NCBI GenBank assembly: GCA_035515235.1
Contig: DATJBS010000011.1
Coordinates: 5,288 to 69,287, forward strand
Source of the DNA: Chitinophagales bacterium
GTDB taxonomy: Bacteria > Bacteroidota > Bacteroidia > Chitinophagales > JADIYW01
DNA length: 64,000 nucleotides
Direction: 5' to 3'
The notes beneath the pieces are model-generated. The model searched no databases and was not told the origin of the DNA. It was given only the letters and a program-made list of their open reading frames with translations. Positions 1 through 10,904 of this stretch are shown here, one piece after another. The position numbers and the translations under genes were made by a program. How positions within the stretch are numbered: the first letter of the stretch is position 1; each line of letters starts with the position of its first letter.

Positions 1-377
1 CCCATAAAATGTATGGAGGATTCTTTTAAATCTGCTATTCTTCTATTTGTATCTGTAAAATGGGAATTTCCACAATCTATAAGCAAATCATCTTCTGACA
101 AAAAAGGTTTTAGTTCATTAATGACAGCATCTACAATTTTTCCAGCAGGCACCAACATTAAAATGACTTTTGGGGATTTTAGATGATTTAAAAACTCTTC
201 TAAATTGGTCGTGCCATGGGACAAATCATTTTTAGCTTCTTTATTAAAGTCTTCTACTTGTGAATTATTCTTATCATAACCCATTACAGTATATCCGTGA
301 TCAGTCATATTATACACTAGATTTTGTCCCATTGTGCCGAGACCAATCATTCCATATTCGTATTTTTGATTTTCCAT
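1..377 (-). CDS. gnd: 6-phosphogluconate dehydrogenase (decarboxylating), N-terminal part; gene runs off the window start
   Basis: Own translation of the minus strand from the ATG at 377-375 gives MENQKYEYGMIGLGTMGQNLVYNMTDHGYTVMGYDKN...ILMLVPAGKIVD...CGNSHFTDT. This carries the GxGxMG NAD(P)-binding N-terminus typical of Gnd. It is absent from the ORF track because it is truncated. Confidence 0.8.
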   Translation of the reverse strand, partial: MENQKYEYGMIGLGTMGQNLVYNMTDHGYTVMGYDKNNSQVEDFNKEAKNDLSHGTTNLEEFLNHLKSPKVILMLVPAGKIVDAVINELKPFLSEDDLLIDCGNSHFTDTNRRIADLKESSIHFM

Positions 378-394
378 TTTTGTCTTTTTATCGA

Positions 395-3244
395 TTATTT
401 AGGATGTTTTATTGACTCCAATAATTGCTTTAAACTTTGATCAATATTCTCTCCCAAATTAATACGGATCACTCTTCGACCTTTATCATCTAACGAACGG
501 AAATCTCCTAAAGCTTGGGCTTCGTGTAAAGTTGAAAATCCAAATTCTTCACTCGGAATAGCTAATTTATTTTTGTCTTCTCCAATCAATATGATATACA
601 AACCTGAATCGGGTCCACCTTTATGCAACTGACCTGTAGAATGTAGATATCTTGGACCGCCCAATAATGTAGTCGCCACTTTTAAATTATCTCTCATTAA
701 TAATCTCCATTCCTGTAAAATCTTTGTGCGCTCGTCCGTCATCATGAAATAGGGTAAAAAAGCGATATAGTCATTTGGTTTTGACAAGTCAGTAAATGCA
801 TTAATGATTGCACCTAAAGAAGTATAAGAATGGGAGAGTTCTTGTTTGGCGATGTTTCCACCATTGATATAAATGGTATCTTTTTTCAAAAGAGGAGCAG
901 AGATATTAAAATCACCAGATTTCATCCAAGCTTCTAATAATTGATGTGTATTCTTTTTGCTTTCTTCGACATTAGGTTGGTCAAACGGATTGATATTCAT
1001 TACTATACCTGAAATAGCTGCTGCAACTTCCCAACGATAATATTCTCCGCCTAAAGCAATTTTATCAGTTACTTTTATTCTTACAATAGGATGTCCAGCT
1101 TCTTCTAAAGCCATGATTTTCGTTTCATCTGCGCCATTATCATCTTCAGGTAAATACATGTGAATGAAGATTCTGTCATTGCTGTAATTTTCAGGTTGAC
1201 CAATCTTTTCTCCATGTATAGGAATTAAACCTTTGCCTTCTTTTCCAGTGCTTTCTGCTAATAATTGTTCTACCCAATAGCCGAAAGATTGAATAGAAGA
1301 AGATAAAATAAAAGTGACTTTATCACGTCCATATTTTTGACAAATTCCAAGTGCAACTCCAAGACTCACTCCGGGATTACTGCTTGTAGGAACAGCATCA
1401 CAACTATTTTGCATCTGTTTAGCACTTGATAAAACAGTACTTATATCTATTCCCATCAATGCCATCGGGACTAAACCAAAATCAGATAATACAGAATATC
1501 GTCCTCCAAGATTGGGTGGGTTGATGAACACTTCTCTAAACTTAAATTTTTCGGCTAATTTCACCAAAGGAGTATCATGGTCTGTAATAGCTATGAAATG
1601 CTTGCCCGGATGAGTGTTGTTTTTACTGACTAATTGTTCGTAGAAATAATGAAAGAAGCAAATGGTTTCTTCTGTATTTCCAGATTTGCTAGCCACTATA
1701 AAAAGTGTTTTTTCTAAGTCAATTTTACTTTCAAGGTCTAAGATTGCAGCAGGTTCTGTATTATCTAAAACTAATAATTGCAGATAATCTTCCGCTGTTT
1801 TATAAGTTTGACGTGTGACTTCTGAGCATAAACTACTTCCACCCATACCTAATACCACAGCATGAGTATATTTTTCGGCTATAACAGATTTTGTAAAATC
1901 ATTGATCAATTTTACATTTTTAGTGTAATGATCTGGTAAAGTCAGCCATCCCATTCTTTTACTAATACTTTGAATTTCTTTAGGATCTGTTTTCCATAAG
2001 TGAGGATCCATATCGAAAAAGAGTCTTGGAACTTGTTTTTCGTCCATGGAGGCATAAGCGGCTTTCACTTTATCCTCTAGTTTGCCACAACTGATTTGCT
2101 GGGTTGAAATATCTTTTCCGAGAATTTTAAGTCTTTTATCTGCAAGATTGATAATCAACTTATTATAGTCTTTCATAAAACTCTGAATGCCATCATTTTC
2201 TAATTGTTGTGTAATCAATGAGATATCAATGTTCATTTTTTTCAAATCACCAAATAGCGTAAATGTCTGTTCAGTCACTTCTTCAATAATGTCTTTTTGT
2301 ATTTTCCCATGATCTGCAAAAGCAGTAATTGTTTTATCGGGTAAGGTATTGATGGTATCTTTTCCAATGAGAGATTCTACATATCTGAGATCGTCATATA
2401 ATGGATCTTTATTGCTCGTGCTTGCCCATAAAAGTTTTTGAACATGAGCACCTTTTTCTTCAAGTTTTGACCATTTTTCTCCACTAAAAATTTCTTTGAA
2501 TTGTTGATAGCAGATTTGTGCAGTTGCAATTCCTGCTTTGCCAGTTAATAAATGAGGAGAATTACTTTTTTTATTTTCGGAGTCTGGAATCAAATATTGA
2601 TTGATGATCTCATCAGTGAGCACATCGATTCTACTGATAAAAACACTTGCTACAGATATAATATGATCGATAGATTTACCTTCCTCCACTCTTCTGGAAA
2701 TTGCATTGATATAAGCTTGAGCTACTTGATCATAACTTTCTACTGAGAATAGAAGCGTGATGTTGATATTGATTCCTTCATAAAGCATCTCTTCGATTGC
2801 TGGAACACCTTCTTTCGTCCCTGGAATTTTAATCAAACAATTTTTCTTATTGACAGCACTATATAATCTTCTGACTTCTTTAATCGTGCCTTCGGTATCA
2901 CGTGCTAAATATGGTGGAACTTCTAGACTAACAAAGCCATCTGTACCATTAGAACTTTCAAAAACTGGATACAAAATATCACATGCATCTTGCACATCTT
3001 TAATCGTCAGCGCATCATAAATTTGCGACGGACTCTTCCCTTCTTTCACCAATTGGGTAATTTGATCATCATAATCAGACCCACTTGTGATGGCTTTATT
3101 AAAAATACTAGGGTTAGAAGTGATTCCTCTAAGACCTTGTTTTTCTACTCTTTTTTTTAATTCACCAGAAGTAATTTTTCCTCTAGTTAAATTATCTAAC
3201 CAATAACTTTGGCCATTTTCTAATAACTCGATTAATGTATTCAT
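395..3244 (-). CDS. bifunctional transaldolase / glucose-6-phosphate isomerase fusion
   Basis: 949-aa ORF. The N-terminal third is transaldolase-like (GITSNPSIF, IKIPGTKEG). The remainder is PGI/SIS-like (VVLGMGGSSL, IVASKSGNTEET). Confidence 0.9.
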   Translation of the reverse strand: MNTLIELLENGQSYWLDNLTRGKITSGELKKRVEKQGLRGITSNPSIFNKAITSGSDYDDQITQLVKEGKSPSQIYDALTIKDVQDACDILYPVFESSNGTDGFVSLEVPPYLARDTEGTIKEVRRLYSAVNKKNCLIKIPGTKEGVPAIEEMLYEGININITLLFSVESYDQVAQAYINAISRRVEEGKSIDHIISVASVFISRIDVLTDEIINQYLIPDSENKKSNSPHLLTGKAGIATAQICYQQFKEIFSGEKWSKLEEKGAHVQKLLWASTSNKDPLYDDLRYVESLIGKDTINTLPDKTITAFADHGKIQKDIIEEVTEQTFTLFGDLKKMNIDISLITQQLENDGIQSFMKDYNKLIINLADKRLKILGKDISTQQISCGKLEDKVKAAYASMDEKQVPRLFFDMDPHLWKTDPKEIQSISKRMGWLTLPDHYTKNVKLINDFTKSVIAEKYTHAVVLGMGGSSLCSEVTRQTYKTAEDYLQLLVLDNTEPAAILDLESKIDLEKTLFIVASKSGNTEETICFFHYFYEQLVSKNNTHPGKHFIAITDHDTPLVKLAEKFKFREVFINPPNLGGRYSVLSDFGLVPMALMGIDISTVLSSAKQMQNSCDAVPTSSNPGVSLGVALGICQKYGRDKVTFILSSSIQSFGYWVEQLLAESTGKEGKGLIPIHGEKIGQPENYSNDRIFIHMYLPEDDNGADETKIMALEEAGHPIVRIKVTDKIALGGEYYRWEVAAAISGIVMNINPFDQPNVEESKKNTHQLLEAWMKSGDFNISAPLLKKDTIYINGGNIAKQELSHSYTSLGAIINAFTDLSKPNDYIAFLPYFMMTDERTKILQEWRLLMRDNLKVATTLLGGPRYLHSTGQLHKGGPDSGLYIILIGEDKNKLAIPSEEFGFSTLHEAQALGDFRSLDDKGRRVIRINLGENIDQSLKQLLESIKHPK

Positions 3245-3347
3245 TTTGCATATTCTGTTAAATGTTCGTTCTCTTATTTATCAACGTGATGAAATTTTAT
3301 TTTGTTTGTTAATAAAGTATATCTGTTGACTTTCTATTCTTCCATTT

Positions 3348-5354
3348 CTACAATATTAAACTCTTGGCTTTTTTGACTACGTTCTCGACTGTAAATCCAT
3401 ATTCAGCCATGACCTCTTCGCCCGGTGCAGATTCTCCGAATGTCGTTATGCCAATAATGCAACTTTCATCTGTAGCATATTTCTGCCAGCCTAATGGTGA
3501 TCCTGCTTCTACAGTTACTCTTTTACGGGTGGAGCTAGGTAGAACTTCTTCTTTGTAAGCTGTATTTTGTTTTTCAAATAATTCCCAAGAAGGCATACTG
3601 ACTACACGTGCGGCAATGTTTTGCTCTTTTAATTTTTGTTGTGCTGCTAACACTAATTGTACTTCCGAACCGGTGGCAATTAAGATAATTTCTGCTGGTG
3701 TATCAGAATCAGAAAGGATATAAGCCCCTTTTTCTAATGAATCCGCTTTGGTATATTTCTCTTGATCAATTACTGGAACTTTCTGACGCGTTAAAATTAT
3801 TGCAACAGGTCCTCCAGAATGTTTCATGGCCACTCGCCAAGCCTGAACGGTTTCATTAGCATCTGCAGGACGAATGACTAAAATATTGGGTACAGATCTC
3901 AAACCGAGGAGTTGTTCTACAGGTTGATGAGTAGTTCCATCTTCTCCTAATGCTATACTGTCATGCGTGAAAACGTAAATAGCACGAATCTTCATGATGG
4001 CAGCGAGACGAATAGGAGGACGCATATAATCTGAGAAAATTAGAAATGTTGCGCCGTACGGAATAAGATATTTGCTGAGCGCCATTCCATTCAAGATAGC
4101 ACCCATGGCATGCTCTCTAATCCCAAAATGGAAATTTCGACCTTCATAATTTTCAGAAGAAAAGGATTTGTATTTATCGAGATTCGTATCGGTCGAAGGA
4201 GCAAGATCTGCTGAACCACCTATTAAATTTGGAAAATAATCTGCAATTGCATTCAGCATTTTACCAGAAGCTTTTCTAGTTTCTACTTTGTCTCCAGCTT
4301 TGAAAGTAGGTAAATTGTTCTCCCAATCTCTAGGCAATTTCCCATTGGACAATAGCTCATATTCTTCTGCTAAATCTTTGTATTTGTTTTTGTAAGCTGC
4401 AAAAAGTTGAATCCAATGTTGCTCTTTTTCGATTCCCTTTTTACCTGCTTCTCTATAAAAATTCAATACATCTTCTGGAATATTAAAACTTTTATTTGGG
4501 TCAAAGCCAAAATTCTCTTTCACCAGTTTTACTTCTGCTTCTCCCAAAGGAGAGCCATGTGCTGCAGCAGTACCCATTTTATTAGGACTGCCATAACCGA
4601 TTTGCGTTCTTACTTTGATGAGTGAAGGTCGATGAGTTTCTTTTTGTGCATTTTTTATGGCAACTGAAATAGCTTCTATATCATTACCATCAGCAATATC
4701 TTGAACGTGCCAACCATAAGCCTCAAATCTTCTCGCTACATCTTCATCAAATGCGAGATTGGTATCTCCTTCAATGCTAATATGATTATCGTCATATAGA
4801 TAAATCATATTGCCTAATTTGAGATGTCCTGCCATAGAAGCGGCTTCGGAGGTGATGCCTTCCATCATATCTCCGTCGCTACAAATCGCATAAATTTTAT
4901 AATCAAACAAATCAAAACCCGGTCTATGATAACGTTCTGACATGTATTTTTGAGCAATTGCAAAACCTACTCCATTCGCAAAACCTTGACCTAATGGGCC
5001 TGTGGTGACTTCAATTCCTTCTAGCAATCCATATTCAGGATGACCGGCCGTTTTACTGTGTAATTGCCTAAAATTTTTAATATCGTCTAAAGTGATAGGA
5101 TATCCGGTCAAGTATAAAAAACTATATTGCAACATACAGGCGTGACCACAAGACAAAATAAATCGATCTCTATTCGCCCACTCAGGATTTTCAGGATTAT
5201 AATTCATGCTTTCCGACCATAAGACATGCCCGATAGGAGCGAGTCCCATAGGGGTGCCGGGATGGCCAGAGTTGGCTTTTTGAACTGCATCCGCTGAAAG
5301 AATTCGAACGGTATTGATTCCTTTTTGTTCTAGAGTATCTGTATTTGAATTCAT
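3348..5354 (-). CDS. tkt: transketolase
   Basis: 668 aa with SGHPGTPMG, the TPP motif CSDGDMMEG, and HDSIALGEDGTTHQP. Confidence 0.95.
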   Translation of the reverse strand: MNSNTDTLEQKGINTVRILSADAVQKANSGHPGTPMGLAPIGHVLWSESMNYNPENPEWANRDRFILSCGHACMLQYSFLYLTGYPITLDDIKNFRQLHSKTAGHPEYGLLEGIEVTTGPLGQGFANGVGFAIAQKYMSERYHRPGFDLFDYKIYAICSDGDMMEGITSEAASMAGHLKLGNMIYLYDDNHISIEGDTNLAFDEDVARRFEAYGWHVQDIADGNDIEAISVAIKNAQKETHRPSLIKVRTQIGYGSPNKMGTAAAHGSPLGEAEVKLVKENFGFDPNKSFNIPEDVLNFYREAGKKGIEKEQHWIQLFAAYKNKYKDLAEEYELLSNGKLPRDWENNLPTFKAGDKVETRKASGKMLNAIADYFPNLIGGSADLAPSTDTNLDKYKSFSSENYEGRNFHFGIREHAMGAILNGMALSKYLIPYGATFLIFSDYMRPPIRLAAIMKIRAIYVFTHDSIALGEDGTTHQPVEQLLGLRSVPNILVIRPADANETVQAWRVAMKHSGGPVAIILTRQKVPVIDQEKYTKADSLEKGAYILSDSDTPAEIILIATGSEVQLVLAAQQKLKEQNIAARVVSMPSWELFEKQNTAYKEEVLPSSTRKRVTVEAGSPLGWQKYATDESCIIGITTFGESAPGEEVMAEYGFTVENVVKKAKSLIL

Positions 5355-5402
5355 GTCAATATATTTTATAAATTTTCAATCATTTCTGGTTTTATAAGTA
5401 CT

Positions 5403-6419
5403 TCATTCCATCGCTTTATGATATACGCCACGTCTTGCTGCAGCAGAATCTTTTGCTCGTTGAAATAACATTTCTTGTGCTTTTTCAACATTTTTCTCTT
5501 CACCTTTCCAGATATCTAAAGCAGGTTGTTGAATGGCTCTTGCAAATGAAAAGCTCACAATCCAAGGTAATTGGTCTTTAAAATTTTGATGGATAGCGTT
5601 TAAATGAGCATCGGCTTCTTCTGGGGATTGACCGCCGGATAAAAATGCAATGACAGGAACTGCAGCCGGAACTGAGGCAAGAAAACAATTTACAGTAGCT
5701 TCTGCCACTTCGTCGATACTATTTTGTGTAGGACAATCTTTGCCTGCAATGACCATATTGGGTTTGAGAATCATTCCTTCCAAATCCACTCTAAATTCAT
5801 ACAATTGCTCAAAAAGAATTTTCAATACATGCTCTGTGACTTCATAACATTTTTGTATCGTATGATTTCCGTCCATCAATACTTCCGGCTCCACTATTGG
5901 GACAATATATGCTTCTTGGCAAAGTGCGGCATATCGTGATAAATCTTGCATATTGGCTTTAATACATGTAGAAGTTGGAATCTTTTCATCAATCGCAATC
6001 ACTGCCCGCCATTTTGCAAAACGAGCACCCATTTGTTTATATTCTACTAATCGTTCTCGTAATCCATCTAAACCTTCAGTTACTTTTTCATTCGGGAAAG
6101 CTGCCATTAGTCTTGTACTCTTATCGACTTTGATTCCAGGAATAATTCCAGCATTTTTCAAAATATCAATAAAAGGAATTCCATCTTTAGTTTTTTGTCG
6201 AATCGTTTCATCGAATAAAATAGCACCACCAATACTCTGATTCAAATTTGGAGTAGTCACCAACAGTTCACGATATTGACGTCTCATTTCTACCGTTTGT
6301 GGTATTCCTGCTGCAGCAAAACGTTTATTACAAGTGCCTGTGCTTTCGTCCATTGCAAGCAACCCTTTACCATCGGTAAATAATTGTTGAATCGTATCTT
6401 TTAAAATTTGTTGGTTCAT
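5403..6419 (-). CDS. class I fructose-bisphosphate aldolase
   Basis: 338 aa with LAMDESTGTCNKRF, the MILKPNMV Schiff-base lysine region, and AFLSGGQS. Confidence 0.9.
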   Translation of the reverse strand: MNQQILKDTIQQLFTDGKGLLAMDESTGTCNKRFAAAGIPQTVEMRRQYRELLVTTPNLNQSIGGAILFDETIRQKTKDGIPFIDILKNAGIIPGIKVDKSTRLMAAFPNEKVTEGLDGLRERLVEYKQMGARFAKWRAVIAIDEKIPTSTCIKANMQDLSRYAALCQEAYIVPIVEPEVLMDGNHTIQKCYEVTEHVLKILFEQLYEFRVDLEGMILKPNMVIAGKDCPTQNSIDEVAEATVNCFLASVPAAVPVIAFLSGGQSPEEADAHLNAIHQNFKDQLPWIVSFSFARAIQQPALDIWKGEEKNVEKAQEMLFQRAKDSAAARRGVYHKAME

Positions 6420-6422
6420 CTT

Positions 6423-6875
6423 CTATCTTTTTCCTTCTAAAACTGCTACTTTTTTAAGTCGTCTTATAAATCGTTCCTCATTTTTAAATTCTGCTTGGAG
6501 AAATATTTGTACTAATTCCCATGCTAAAGCTTTCCCTGTAATATTTCCACCCAAACACATGATATTCATATTGTCATCTTCTACACCTTGATGGGCAGAA
6601 AACGAATCTGTAATCAATGCTGCACGAGCACGTTTCACTTTATTGGCTACAATACTAGCTCCCACGCCACTTCCACAGATTGCGATACCTTTGGTGATCT
6701 CTCTATTAGAGACTGCGAGTGCCATAGGGGTTACAAAATCAGGATAATCATCTCCAACATTGAGTTCAAATGCGCCAAAATCTTTGATTTCATAATCAGC
6801 AGATTGAAGCAAATGAATCAGTTCTTTTTTTAATTCAAATCCACCATGATCAGCCGCAATGCCGATTAGATTCAT
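6423..6875 (-). CDS. rpiB: ribose-5-phosphate isomerase B
   Basis: [16 protein letters not shown] and [10 protein letters not shown] motifs. The start is moved to the internal ATG at 6875, which forms an ATGA overlap with the xfp stop. Confidence 0.9.
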   Translation of the reverse strand: MNLIGIAADHGGFELKKELIHLLQSADYEIKDFGAFELNVGDDYPDFVTPMALAVSNREITKGIAICGSGVGASIVANKVKRARAALITDSFSAHQGVEDDNMNIMCLGGNITGKALAWELVQIFLQAEFKNEERFIRRLKKVAVLEGKR

Positions 6876-9265
6876 TTTTCTATTTTGCTGTGATTCCATT
6901 TCCAATTTCTTATTTCAGGTAAATCGATTCCATTTTCTTTGATATATATACGGTGTTCGATCAATTTATTTTTCATTTCTTCTTTTAGATAAGCTCCTTT
7001 GTCATTTAATTGTGGCAATCTGTCAATCACATCTTGCACTAAATTCCATCTATCTATTTGGTTCATCACGGTCATATCAAAAGGAGTGGTAATTGTTCCT
7101 TCTTCTTTATAACCCCGCACATGAATATTTTTATGATTGTGTCGACGATAGGTCAGTCTATGAATCAGCCACGGATAGGCATGAAATGCAAATATGACTG
7201 GTTTGTCTTTCGTGAACAATGCATCAAAATCATAATCGCTAAGTCCATGTGGATGCTCACTTTCATCTTGTAGTTTCATTAAATCGATCACATTCACCAC
7301 ACGAATTTTTAGATCGGGTAATTTTTCTCTTAAAATAGAAACAGCAGCTAAAGTTTCTAGTGTTGGGACATCTCCGGCACATGCCATGACTACATCTGGT
7401 TTTTCTCCATCATCATTGCTTGCCCATTTCCATATACCAATTCCTTTGGTGCAATGCACAATAGCTTCATCTATAGACAGCCATTGTGGAGCAGGATGTT
7501 TACCCGCAATAATTACATTTACATAGTGTCTGCTGCGGAAACAATGATCCATCACCGATAAAAGACAATTCGCATCTGCAGGTAAATACACCCGAATGGT
7601 AGAAGCCTTTTTATTCACTACAATGTCAATAAAACCTGGATCTTGGTGCGTAAAACCGTTATTATCTTGTCGCCAAACATGTGATGCCAATAGAATATTT
7701 AAAGAAGGTATTTTTTTTCGCCATTCAATTTCTGAAGTTACTTTTAACCATTTGGCATGTTGATTAAACATAGAATCGATGATATGGATAAATGCTTCGT
7801 AGCAATTAAAAAGCCCATGTCTTCCTGTCAAAATATATCCTTCCAACCAACCTTCACATTGATGCTCGCTCAACATTTCCATCACACGACCTTCTTTTTC
7901 TAGGAAGTTATCTGTATCTACTGTTTCAGCTTCCCATTGTCGATCGGTCACTTCAAAGACTGCTTGTAATTTGTTAGAGATGGTTTCATCAGGACCAAAA
8001 AGTCGAAAATTGTCCAGATTCATTTTTATAATATCTCTTACAAACTGCCCTAAAATTAAAGTGTCGCCAGGACCTGTTTGACTTCTTGATTTTAAATCAA
8101 TTGCATAATTTCTAAAATCAGGCATGTGGAGGTCATTTGAAATTCGTCCTCCATTCGTTTCTGGATTTGCACCCATTCGACTTTCTCCTTTTGGCGCTAA
8201 TGCTGCTAATTCTGGTAGAAGTTTTCCTTCTTCATCAAATAACTCTTCGGGATGATAGCTTTTTAACCAATATTCTAATTGTTTTAAATGTTCGGGATTT
8301 GTAACTGCATCTTTAATAGGAACTTGGTGAGATCGAAATGTACCTTCAATTTGGAGTCCATCTACCAACTTTGGTCCTGTCCAACCTTTTGGTGTTTTCA
8401 AAATAATCATTGGCCAAGATGGACGTTCCAAATCTTCATTTTCAATCGCATTCTTTTTTATAGTTTTGATTTCTTCAATGACTATATCCAATAGTTTAGC
8501 CATCTTTTCATGCATCTGCATTGGATCATCGCCTTCTATCATATAAGGTTTCCAGCCATATCCTTTAAATAAATTGATCAATTCATGTTCAGGAATTCTT
8601 GCTAATAAAGCTGGATTGGCAATTTTGTAACCGTTGAGATGCAGAATTGGTAGGACTACACCATCTTTAATTGGATTCAAAAATTTATTGGAATGCCAAG
8701 AGGTCGCCAAAGGTCCGGTTTCAGCTTCTCCATCGCCGACTACACAACTCACAATTAAATCAGAATTGTCGAAAACAGCACCGAATGCATGACTAAGAGA
8801 ATATCCTAATTCTCCACCTTCGTGCATAGATCCGGGACATTCTGGCGAAACATGACTTGGAATTCCTCCAGGAAATGAAAATTGAGTAAATAATTTCTTC
8901 AATCCTATTTCATCTTGAGAAATGTCTGGATAAACTTCACTATAGGTTCCTTCTAAATATACATTTCCGACGATAGCGGGACCGCCATGCCCTGGTCCAG
9001 AAATGTAAATCATGTCTAAATCATATTTTTTTATAATACGGTTGAGATGTACATAAATAAAGTTTTGTCCAGGAGTGGTGCCCCAATGACCGAGGAGCAC
9101 TTTTTTAATATGTTCTACTTTTAAAGGCTCTTTCAACAGAGGATTATCCCTCAAATAGATTTGTCCTACGGATACATAATTGGCAGCTCGCCAATAAGCG
9201 TTGATCTTTTGCAATAAAGAAGGAGATATATTATCATCTATTTGTTCGATAATTTCTGTTTCCAT
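6872..9265 (-). CDS. xfp: xylulose-5-phosphate/fructose-6-phosphate phosphoketolase
   Basis: 797 aa with [28 protein letters not shown] and GDGEAETGP. Confidence 0.95.
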   Translation of the reverse strand: METEIIEQIDDNISPSLLQKINAYWRAANYVSVGQIYLRDNPLLKEPLKVEHIKKVLLGHWGTTPGQNFIYVHLNRIIKKYDLDMIYISGPGHGGPAIVGNVYLEGTYSEVYPDISQDEIGLKKLFTQFSFPGGIPSHVSPECPGSMHEGGELGYSLSHAFGAVFDNSDLIVSCVVGDGEAETGPLATSWHSNKFLNPIKDGVVLPILHLNGYKIANPALLARIPEHELINLFKGYGWKPYMIEGDDPMQMHEKMAKLLDIVIEEIKTIKKNAIENEDLERPSWPMIILKTPKGWTGPKLVDGLQIEGTFRSHQVPIKDAVTNPEHLKQLEYWLKSYHPEELFDEEGKLLPELAALAPKGESRMGANPETNGGRISNDLHMPDFRNYAIDLKSRSQTGPGDTLILGQFVRDIIKMNLDNFRLFGPDETISNKLQAVFEVTDRQWEAETVDTDNFLEKEGRVMEMLSEHQCEGWLEGYILTGRHGLFNCYEAFIHIIDSMFNQHAKWLKVTSEIEWRKKIPSLNILLASHVWRQDNNGFTHQDPGFIDIVVNKKASTIRVYLPADANCLLSVMDHCFRSRHYVNVIIAGKHPAPQWLSIDEAIVHCTKGIGIWKWASNDDGEKPDVVMACAGDVPTLETLAAVSILREKLPDLKIRVVNVIDLMKLQDESEHPHGLSDYDFDALFTKDKPVIFAFHAYPWLIHRLTYRRHNHKNIHVRGYKEEGTITTPFDMTVMNQIDRWNLVQDVIDRLPQLNDKGAYLKEEMKNKLIEHRIYIKENGIDLPEIRNWKWNHSKIEK

Positions 9266-9298
9266 AGTATTCTATTTGAAATAATTTAAATGAAAGAA

Positions 9299-9934
9299 CT
9301 ATTGATTTCCGATGATTTTTTGAGGAAGACTAAGCCCTAAATCTGCTAATGTTTTAACCGTGGACTCATAATCAGTATGACAAATACTATGGATGCCCAT
9401 ATCATTGGCGATGTCCACATACAGTTGAAGGTCATCTATGTAAATAATTTCGTCGATAGGAACTTGTGCGCCATCTACTGCGAGTTGAAAAATGGCACGA
9501 TCGGGCTTCCTTAAATGCACATAACAGGAGGAAACAAAAAAGTCAAAGATTTCATTGAGTTTAAATTTCTTGATTCTATAATCATTGATTTCTCTGGCTT
9601 CATTACTGACTGCAATAACTTTTAATCCATATTGCAACTTGATTTTTTTTATAAAATCAATCATGTCCGAATGGGAGGTATTCAAATTATAAATAAAGTC
9701 TAAAAAATCGGTAGGCGTAAAGTCACGAGCATTATAAAAAACTACTCTGCCTAGATACTCTTCGAGCGAGATACTTCCTTGTTCATAAGGAATATACATG
9801 AGTTTGTGCCGAGCTTCTATCTCCTTATAATCCAAATGAAAATGCTCAGCAGCTAATTTTCTAAATTGGTGACTCCATCCGTTGGAAAGGAGTACGCCTC
9901 CAATATCTAAGAATAAACAACTTATTTTTTTCAT
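9299..9934 (-). CDS. HAD-superfamily hydrolase (subfamily IA-like)
   Basis: MKKISCLFLDIGGVLLSNGW matches motif I and YIDD matches motif IV. The start is set at the internal ATG at 9934. Confidence 0.7.
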   Translation of the reverse strand: MKKISCLFLDIGGVLLSNGWSHQFRKLAAEHFHLDYKEIEARHKLMYIPYEQGSISLEEYLGRVVFYNARDFTPTDFLDFIYNLNTSHSDMIDFIKKIKLQYGLKVIAVSNEAREINDYRIKKFKLNEIFDFFVSSCYVHLRKPDRAIFQLAVDGAQVPIDEIIYIDDLQLYVDIANDMGIHSICHTDYESTVKTLADLGLSLPQKIIGNQ

Positions 9935-9979
9935 TTCATTTATTTTAAGCACGTACAATACGTTCAATTACATAATCTT

Positions 9980-10510
9980 CTATTTCACTTTTTTTACTTT
10001 ATACTTTGTAATTAAAGTCCCCTTTTCATTTACTTTTTCTACACTAATTAATTGTAAATCAATATCCAATTTTTCCTCGGCAACAAAATTTCCGCCTGTT
10101 CCAAATATCTTCGGTTCGAAAGTGAGCCACACTTCATCTATTAAATTCGCTTTCAAAAATGAAGTGGCAACATGAGCTCCACCTCCTACAAGCATTATAT
10201 GGAGACCTTTCTTTTCATATTTTTCGACGATTTCAGCTGGAGATTGATCGGTGAATTCCAATTGCCCGGCAACTTCATGTTCTTTATATTTTGAAGGAGT
10301 TCTCGTCATCACCACAATATAATGTTCGGGATTGGGCTTCATGGGAGCCACATTAAAAGTGCTACTACCTTCTACGATGATAGAGGCTTCGTTCCATGTT
10401 TTATGGAAATAATCTTGATCTTCTCTTGAGGTCCATTTCTTTACGGGAGAATTTCCCCATTGAGTGATTTTACCATCCAAAGTGCTTACAAAAACAAGTA
10501 TTTTTTTCAT
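9980..10510 (-). CDS. dihydrofolate reductase family protein (RibD C-terminal domain-like)
   Basis: MKKILVFVSTLDGKI...HIMLVGGGAHVATSFL pattern. The start is set at the internal ATG at 10510. Confidence 0.7.
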   Translation of the reverse strand: MKKILVFVSTLDGKITQWGNSPVKKWTSREDQDYFHKTWNEASIIVEGSSTFNVAPMKPNPEHYIVVMTRTPSKYKEHEVAGQLEFTDQSPAEIVEKYEKKGLHIMLVGGGAHVATSFLKANLIDEVWLTFEPKIFGTGGNFVAEEKLDIDLQLISVEKVNEKGTLITKYKVKKVK

Positions 10511-10815
10511 TATTGATAAAGGTTGGCTATACATTATAAAATAATAACAGCTGTATTAATTCCTTTATTAAAATATCATTCAGCTGCTTGTAGTTCAGAT
10601 ATATGCGTTGTTTTCCAATCTCTTATTTATACAATAAGCTATTGAATCCAACTAGCAAATTCAAAGTTATGTTTTAGTAATGTAGTTTTTATTTAGCAAA
10701 GCTGCTTTGAAAATTTGTTGTAATTAATACAATTTCGTGGGAGGGTAGGGGATTTTAGGTAATAGATTTTGGTGTGTATTTATTGGAATAATGAGTGGGT
10801 TGGGAAGGTCTTAAA

Positions 10816-10904
10816 GATTAACTTCAATCGAAGAGGTAAGCTTGAACCTGTCGAAAGTTTCTTTCTAAGACGAAATGTAGACTATTGAAAATGTACTGTT
10901 AAAT
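10816..10904 (-). repeat. attC-like imperfect palindrome (last element of array 1)
   Basis: Minus-strand reading gives ATTTAAC (a perfect RYYYAAC with the ORF stop codon TAA inside it), then AGTACATTTTCAATAG ... CGATTGAA, then GTTAATC. The arm AACAGTACATTTTCAATAG resembles AACAGCACATTTGCAATAG of element 15618..15754. Confidence 0.6.

Noticed and set aside
10738-10808. G-run tract (GGGAGGGTAGGGG ... GGGTTGGG) as a possible G-quadruplex
   Set aside because: Only three adjacent G3+ runs are followed by a GG. The remaining runs are ~45 nt away. There is no independent support.
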